64,000 bases of DNA from positions 36,328-100,327 of the forward strand of contig CBFGJX010000008.1 in assembly GCA_965649225.1 (NCBI GenBank), given 5' to 3'. The number at the start of each line of letters is the position of its first letter. Positions within the stretch are counted from its first letter, which is position 1. Source of the DNA: a candidate division WOR-3 bacterium. GTDB lineage: Bacteria; Hydrothermota; Tepidihabitantia; Tepidihabitantales; Tepidihabitantaceae. The translations under genes and the position numbers were made by a program. The notes below the pieces were generated by a model. The model did no database searches, was not told the DNA's origin, and saw nothing but the letters and a program-made list of their open reading frames with translations. Of the stretch, positions 59,623-64,000 are shown piece after piece.

Positions 59623-59913
59623 ATGCCGACCTACGAGTACCAGTGTCAGAAGTGCGGACACCGGTTCAGCGAGTTTCAGAAGATAACCGATCCGCCAATC
59701 CGCAACTGTCCGAAATGCCGCCGGCGCAGGTGCGTCGAGCAGCTGATTTCGGGCGGTTCGGGGCTGATTTTCAAAGGGTCGGGATTCTACATCACCGATT
59801 ACAAACAGAACCAGAACAAGAAGCCGTCAGAGGGAGGCGGCGAGACTTCCGGCCGGAAGGAGACCGGAAAAGACAGCAAGGCCGGCGGTGCGGACAACAA
59901 GTCGGCTGACTAA
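59623..59913 (+). CDS. FmdB-family zinc-ribbon protein
   Basis: MPTYEYQCQKCGH...CPKC...FKGSGFY.TDY. Confidence 0.92.
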   Translation: MPTYEYQCQKCGHRFSEFQKITDPPIRNCPKCRRRRCVEQLISGGSGLIFKGSGFYITDYKQNQNKKPSEGGGETSGRKETGKDSKAGGADNKSAD

Positions 59914-60048
59914 GTTCGGTTCTGTGTGCGCTTGACCCTGTTATTGTCCCGAAGTATAATAATTTAGCCTGCTGACGCCGACCGGAACGGTGAGCGGTCG
60001 GTGGTCGTCTGGTCTTTTTTCAGGAGCGCAGCCCGTGTGGAGGTGTTG

Positions 60049-63000
60049 ATGTGTCGTGTCGTTGTAAGTGTACTGGCGCTGGCGGTCGCGGCCGGGGCTC
60101 AGGTTGACACTCTCTGGGTTCGTCACCATCAGCATGCTGTCAGTTTTCCCAACCAGTATATCAACAGCCGAAATTCAGCCGCCGCGGATGCGGCCGGCAA
60201 TGTCTATATCTGTGCCTATGGCCAGTATTCGTCGCCCAACAATGATTTGATTGTCATCAAGTATACTGCCACCGGCGAGCTGGCGTGGTCCGACGGACTG
60301 GACCTGGGTGGCAGCGAGTACGGCTATGGCATTGCGGTCGGGAGTGACGGCGCGGTGTATGTCACCGGAACAACGGTTCTCAATACCGGCAGCTCGGACC
60401 TGCTGGTGGCAAAGTGGAATGCCGATGGCGTGCGGGCCTGGCAGCGGCGGTTGCAGGGTGACAGTGTCGGCGGTGCCAACAGCGGTGTGGCAGTCATTGT
60501 CAGCGGTAACAGCGTGTTTGTCGGCGGCTATGTTTCCAATCAGGGTACGGGGCGGGATCTGGCGGTTGCCCGGCTGGACGCCACAACCGGACTGCCGTTA
60601 TGGCTGCGTTCGGTGTCGCGCTCGAGCAGCCCCGAGAATTTCGAGTCGGCGTACGAACTGGCGGCAGCGGGCAACAGTGTCTATGTCTGTGGCCAGACCC
60701 ACGGCGGCGCCAGCGGGCTGGATGCGACGGTTGCGAGGATTGACACCGCCGGCAATCTGCTCTGGCGGCGCGATTATCCTTCTTCGGGTACGGCCAGCGA
60801 AGGTTTGCGCGCCCTGGCAATCGGCAGCAACCGGCTGGTGGCGGTCGGCTACAGCACTGCCAGTGGCAGCAACGATGCGCTGGTGCTTTCCTACACGCTG
60901 AATGGCGACTTGGAATGGGCCAGAACCTTCAACGGGCCCGGCGCGGGTTTTGACCACGCGAATGATGTTGCGATGGACGGGGCCGGCAATGCTTTCGTGA
61001 CCGGCATCGGTTCCGGCAGTTCCGGCAGCGATCTGATGACACTGAAATACAGTCCGAGTGGCAGCCGGCTGTGGGCCCGATTGCATGACGGTGGCGGTGC
61101 CGATGCCGGCTACTGGGTTTCGTTGGACGGGTCGGGGAATGTGCTGGTGGGAGGTTTCACTTCGGGCGGCAGCTCCAGCTACCAGTTGACCGTGATCAAA
61201 TACGGCACCAGCGGCGAACAGGGCTGGGTGTACGGATTCCGCCCTCTCGGCTCGGCGGGGACCAATTGTGCGACGATGGTCAGCAGTCTGGGTTCGGATG
61301 TGCTCGTGGCGGGCTATGCCCACTGGGGCTATCCGAACTACACCGATCCGGTAGCGATGCGACTGCGGGAAGTACCGGATGTCGGAGTGGCCGAGATAAT
61401 CGCGCCGACCGGAACCGTTGCGCCCGGGAGGGCGCTGGTGCCGCAAGCGCGGGTGCGCAACTACAGTCTGCGTCCGGCAAGCTGTGGCTGCCGGATGAAA
61501 ATCGGCGACGGTTATGTTGCTGAAACGACGCTGGCACTGGCAGCCGGCGAAACGCTGGTGGTCAGTTTTCCTCAGTGGACTGCCGGTGCTTACGGCAGCT
61601 GGAGGGTGAGCTGCTCGACGATGGCGACGCTTGACTACGACCGGGGTAATGATCGCGCGGTTGGACTGGTGTATGTCAGCGGACCGAACCCGGATGTCGC
61701 AGTTGAGGCGATTGCCGTCCCCGCGAGCAATGTGCCGTATCAGTCGACCTTGCTGCCGGCGGCACGGTGGCGCAACCGCGGTTCCAGCGCCGTGAGCTGT
61801 TCGGTGTTCTGCCGGATTGAGCGCGGTGGTGCCACCGTTTATCGTCAGGCGGTATATCTTGCCGGGCTGGCCGCCGACGGCGGTGACACGCTGGTGCGTT
61901 TTCCGTGCTGGCTGGCGTCGGCAATCGGTTACTACACGTTGAAGTGCTCCACCAGCCTGGGCGGCGATGCCAATACGGCCAACGATACGGTCAGTCTGGT
62001 TTTTGGTGTTGTCAATCAGCCGATCGGTGAGTGGGTTCAGATTGCCGATGTGCCGGCGGGAACCGGTGCCCGCCCGGTGAGCAAGGGCGGTGCAGTCGGC
62101 AGTGACGGGCTGCGGGTGTATGTGTTGAAGGGCAACAAGACGTTCGATGTCTGCTGTTATGACCCGGTTGCAATCAGCTGGAGCGTGTTGCCCCAACTGC
62201 CGGGCGGGGCCTACGGTCGGCCGGTGAGCAAGGGCGGTGCGATTGTGCCGGACGGCAACGGCCGGGTTTATGTCGTGAAGGGGAACCGCTCGCTGGAGTT
62301 TTATCGCTATGACCCGGCGCTGGGCTGGTCTGATCTGACGCCGATTCCGCCCGGGCCGCGCAATCGTGCCCCGAATGGCGGGACCGGTATTGCCTACGGG
62401 GTAGTCGCCGACACCGGGTTTGTCTACCTGCTGAAAGGAACCGGCACTGCCGAATTCTTCCGCTACAATACTGTTACCGACAGCTGGCAGCAGTTGCCGG
62501 ATGCCCCGGCCGGTCTGAGCGGAAAGCTGAAGTATCGTGACGGCAGCGCACTGGCGATTCAGGGTGACAGTCTGATCTACTGCCTGAAGGGTGGCGAAAA
62601 CGAAGTCTTCCGGTTCGACATCCGCAGCAATCTCTGGCTTGAGGGGCAGACGGTTGTGCCATTTGTCGGTGCGGGCGGACGCCGCAAGAAAGTGAAGTCC
62701 GGCGGCGGCATGACAATCGGCTCCGGGACACTGGCAGTTGTCAAGGGCGGTAATACGACTGAATTCTGGCGGCTGGAGGCGGCTGATTCTTCCTGGCGCG
62801 AGTATCCGGAGGTGCCGACCGGGATTTCCAACCGACGCGTCAAGGACGGCGGTGGAGTGGTGTGGGCCGATGGTGCCTACTATGTACTCAAAGGCTGCAA
62901 GACCAGCGAGATGTGGTGCTTCCGGCTGTTCTCCGGCGACGGTCAGATGACGGCCGGTGTGGGCGGATTCGTGCCTTCGGCGAAACATCTGGTCTGGCCC

Positions 63001-63228
63001 AATCCGGTTCGGACAGGAGGGGTTGTACAGTTCCAGACCGGAGGCCGTGGCCGGGCGACAGTGAGTATTGTCGATGTCAGCGGGCGCCGGCGCGGCAGCT
63101 GGGATTTGCCAGTTGATGCCCAGGGACGTGCTGCTTTGGCGCTGACCGGGCTCGAAAGCGGGGTTTACTACCTGAAACTGGCAAACGGGAGCAGCGAACC
63201 CACAGTCCGAATACTGGTTTGCCGCTAG
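60049..63228 (+). CDS. Secreted protein: SBBP-type propeller, 2 CARDB/Ig repeats, Kelch propeller, T9SS-like CTD
   Basis: SD GGAGG; signal peptide; D..GN.YVTG / KY...G...W repeats; KGG.....Y.LKG..T.EF repeats; PNP...GVYYL tail. Confidence 0.85.
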   Translation: MCRVVVSVLALAVAAGAQVDTLWVRHHQHAVSFPNQYINSRNSAAADAAGNVYICAYGQYSSPNNDLIVIKYTATGELAWSDGLDLGGSEYGYGIAVGSDGAVYVTGTTVLNTGSSDLLVAKWNADGVRAWQRRLQGDSVGGANSGVAVIVSGNSVFVGGYVSNQGTGRDLAVARLDATTGLPLWLRSVSRSSSPENFESAYELAAAGNSVYVCGQTHGGASGLDATVARIDTAGNLLWRRDYPSSGTASEGLRALAIGSNRLVAVGYSTASGSNDALVLSYTLNGDLEWARTFNGPGAGFDHANDVAMDGAGNAFVTGIGSGSSGSDLMTLKYSPSGSRLWARLHDGGGADAGYWVSLDGSGNVLVGGFTSGGSSSYQLTVIKYGTSGEQGWVYGFRPLGSAGTNCATMVSSLGSDVLVAGYAHWGYPNYTDPVAMRLREVPDVGVAEIIAPTGTVAPGRALVPQARVRNYSLRPASCGCRMKIGDGYVAETTLALAAGETLVVSFPQWTAGAYGSWRVSCSTMATLDYDRGNDRAVGLVYVSGPNPDVAVEAIAVPASNVPYQSTLLPAARWRNRGSSAVSCSVFCRIERGGATVYRQAVYLAGLAADGGDTLVRFPCWLASAIGYYTLKCSTSLGGDANTANDTVSLVFGVVNQPIGEWVQIADVPAGTGARPVSKGGAVGSDGLRVYVLKGNKTFDVCCYDPVAISWSVLPQLPGGAYGRPVSKGGAIVPDGNGRVYVVKGNRSLEFYRYDPALGWSDLTPIPPGPRNRAPNGGTGIAYGVVADTGFVYLLKGTGTAEFFRYNTVTDSWQQLPDAPAGLSGKLKYRDGSALAIQGDSLIYCLKGGENEVFRFDIRSNLWLEGQTVVPFVGAGGRRKKVKSGGGMTIGSGTLAVVKGGNTTEFWRLEAADSSWREYPEVPTGISNRRVKDGGGVVWADGAYYVLKGCKTSEMWCFRLFSGDGQMTAGVGGFVPSAKHLVWPNPVRTGGVVQFQTGGRGRATVSIVDVSGRRRGSWDLPVDAQGRAALALTGLESGVYYLKLANGSSEPTVRILVCR

Positions 63229-63247
63229 CGCAGCGTTGACCGGGATG

Positions 63248-63284
63248 CCGCCGGGGGCACTGAAAACGCCCCCGGCGGGTCTTT
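63248..63284 (+). terminator. Intrinsic terminator
   Basis: CCGCCGGGGGC / GCCCCCGGCGG followed by gtcttt. Confidence 0.65.
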
Positions 63285-63372
63285 GTCAACCGGCCAGGAC
63301 AAGATTGGCACTGGCGGTATAACAGACACGATATCAATCAGATACCTGTCAGCGTTTCGGCTATAAAATATG

Positions 63373-63429
63373 TTGACATCAGCGTGTTTTCTGCTATGAT
63401 GAGTCACAGAGATATCGCTCTTTGATAAT
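63373..63429 (+). promoter_or_regulatory. rRNA operon promoter and boxA-like antiterminator
   Basis: AT-rich upstream element, TTGACA-16-TATGAT, then GCTCTTTGATAAT. Confidence 0.7.
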
Positions 63430-63486
63430 TCGGATGTAACCCAAAGCGTGCTCGGATTGTGCCAAAATCAATACCTTCTTGTCAGT

Positions 63487-64000
63487 TGCTTGGAGGGTTT
63501 GATCCTGGCTCAGGACTAGCGCTGGCGGTGTGTCTTAGACATGCAAGTCGAGCGGGGTGTACTGCTGTAGCAATACAGTGGTACACTTAGCGGCGAACGG
63601 GTGAGTAATACAAGGGTAGCCACCCCCGAGGAGGAGGACAACCCGTCGAAAGGCGGGCTAATACTCCGTGTGCTGCGGTTGAGGCATCTTGACTGCAGGA
63701 AAGGCGCTCAAAAGGTGCCGCCTCGGGACGGGCTCTTGTCCTATCAGCTTGATGGCGGGGTAACGGCCCACCATGGCGAAGACGGGTAGCCGGCGTGAGA
63801 GCGTGACCGGCCACAGGGGAACTGAGACACGGTCCCCACTCCTACGGGAGGCAGCAGTCTAGAAATTTGGGCAATGGGCGAAAGCCTGACCCAGCGACAC
63901 CGCGTGGAGGATGAAGTCCTTCGGGATGTAAACTCCTTACAGGGGGAACGATGCCGTTGCGGAGTAACTGCCTCAGCGGTGACGGTACTCCCAGATGAAG
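63487..64000 (+). rRNA. rrs: 16S rRNA, 5' part (truncated by window end)
   Basis: GTTTGATCCTGGCTCAG, ACATGCAAGTCG, GGGTGAGTAA, ACTCCTACGGGAGGCAGCAG; 5' end approximate. Confidence 0.98.

Noticed and set aside
57532..59661. 709-aa ORF antisense to groES/groEL
   Set aside because: Shadow frame of a GC-biased, highly conserved gene; no recognisable motifs
60598..62988. 796-aa antisense ORF (similarly 1329-2639, 10415-11755, 37606-39066, 41762-43003)
   Set aside because: Lie largely opposite well-supported genes; expected from stop-codon scarcity at high GC
63587..63814. Short ORFs within the 16S region
   Set aside because: Spurious frames over rRNA

Overview
This 64 kb window is GC-rich bacterial chromosome. 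The protein style (many signal-peptide proteins with CARDB/Ig, Kelch and T9SS-like C-terminal sorting tails) suggests an FCB-affiliated lineage such as candidate division WOR-3; that placement is inference only. It holds about 46 CDS. Seven are secreted proteins with CTD-like tails (S8, M14 and HExxH peptidases, two propeller-CARDB-Kelch proteins, two others). Housekeeping blocks are pepA-znuC-znuB, TPR/OmpA lipoprotein-pyrK-pyrD-pyrF-pyrE, tldD-tldE, porin-pstSCAB-phoU-phoB-phoR, arcC, hypC, uvrB, degP-purB, copA, an aldehyde dehydrogenase and groES-groEL. RNA genes are tRNA-Thr(CGT), tRNA-Leu(CAG), tRNA-Val(TAC) and the 5' part of a 16S rRNA. I found no integrase, transposase, reverse transcriptase, CRISPR array or defence island. 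The most interesting signals are: (1) strong enrichment of the Bacteroidota-type O-glycosylation sequon D-[ST]-[AILMTV] in exported proteins, in a window that also encodes a GT-C transferase and a polyprenol-P-mannose synthase; (2) T9SS-like tails of three lengths plus a TPR-OmpA lipoprotein; (3) a 68-bp tandem array regenerating the tRNA-Leu 3' end; (4) at least seven promoters placed for leaderless transcription; (5) a four-PAS protein with no output domain, a small Sm-like protein and two candidate structured RNA leaders. All calls come from manual motif reading; no searches were run.
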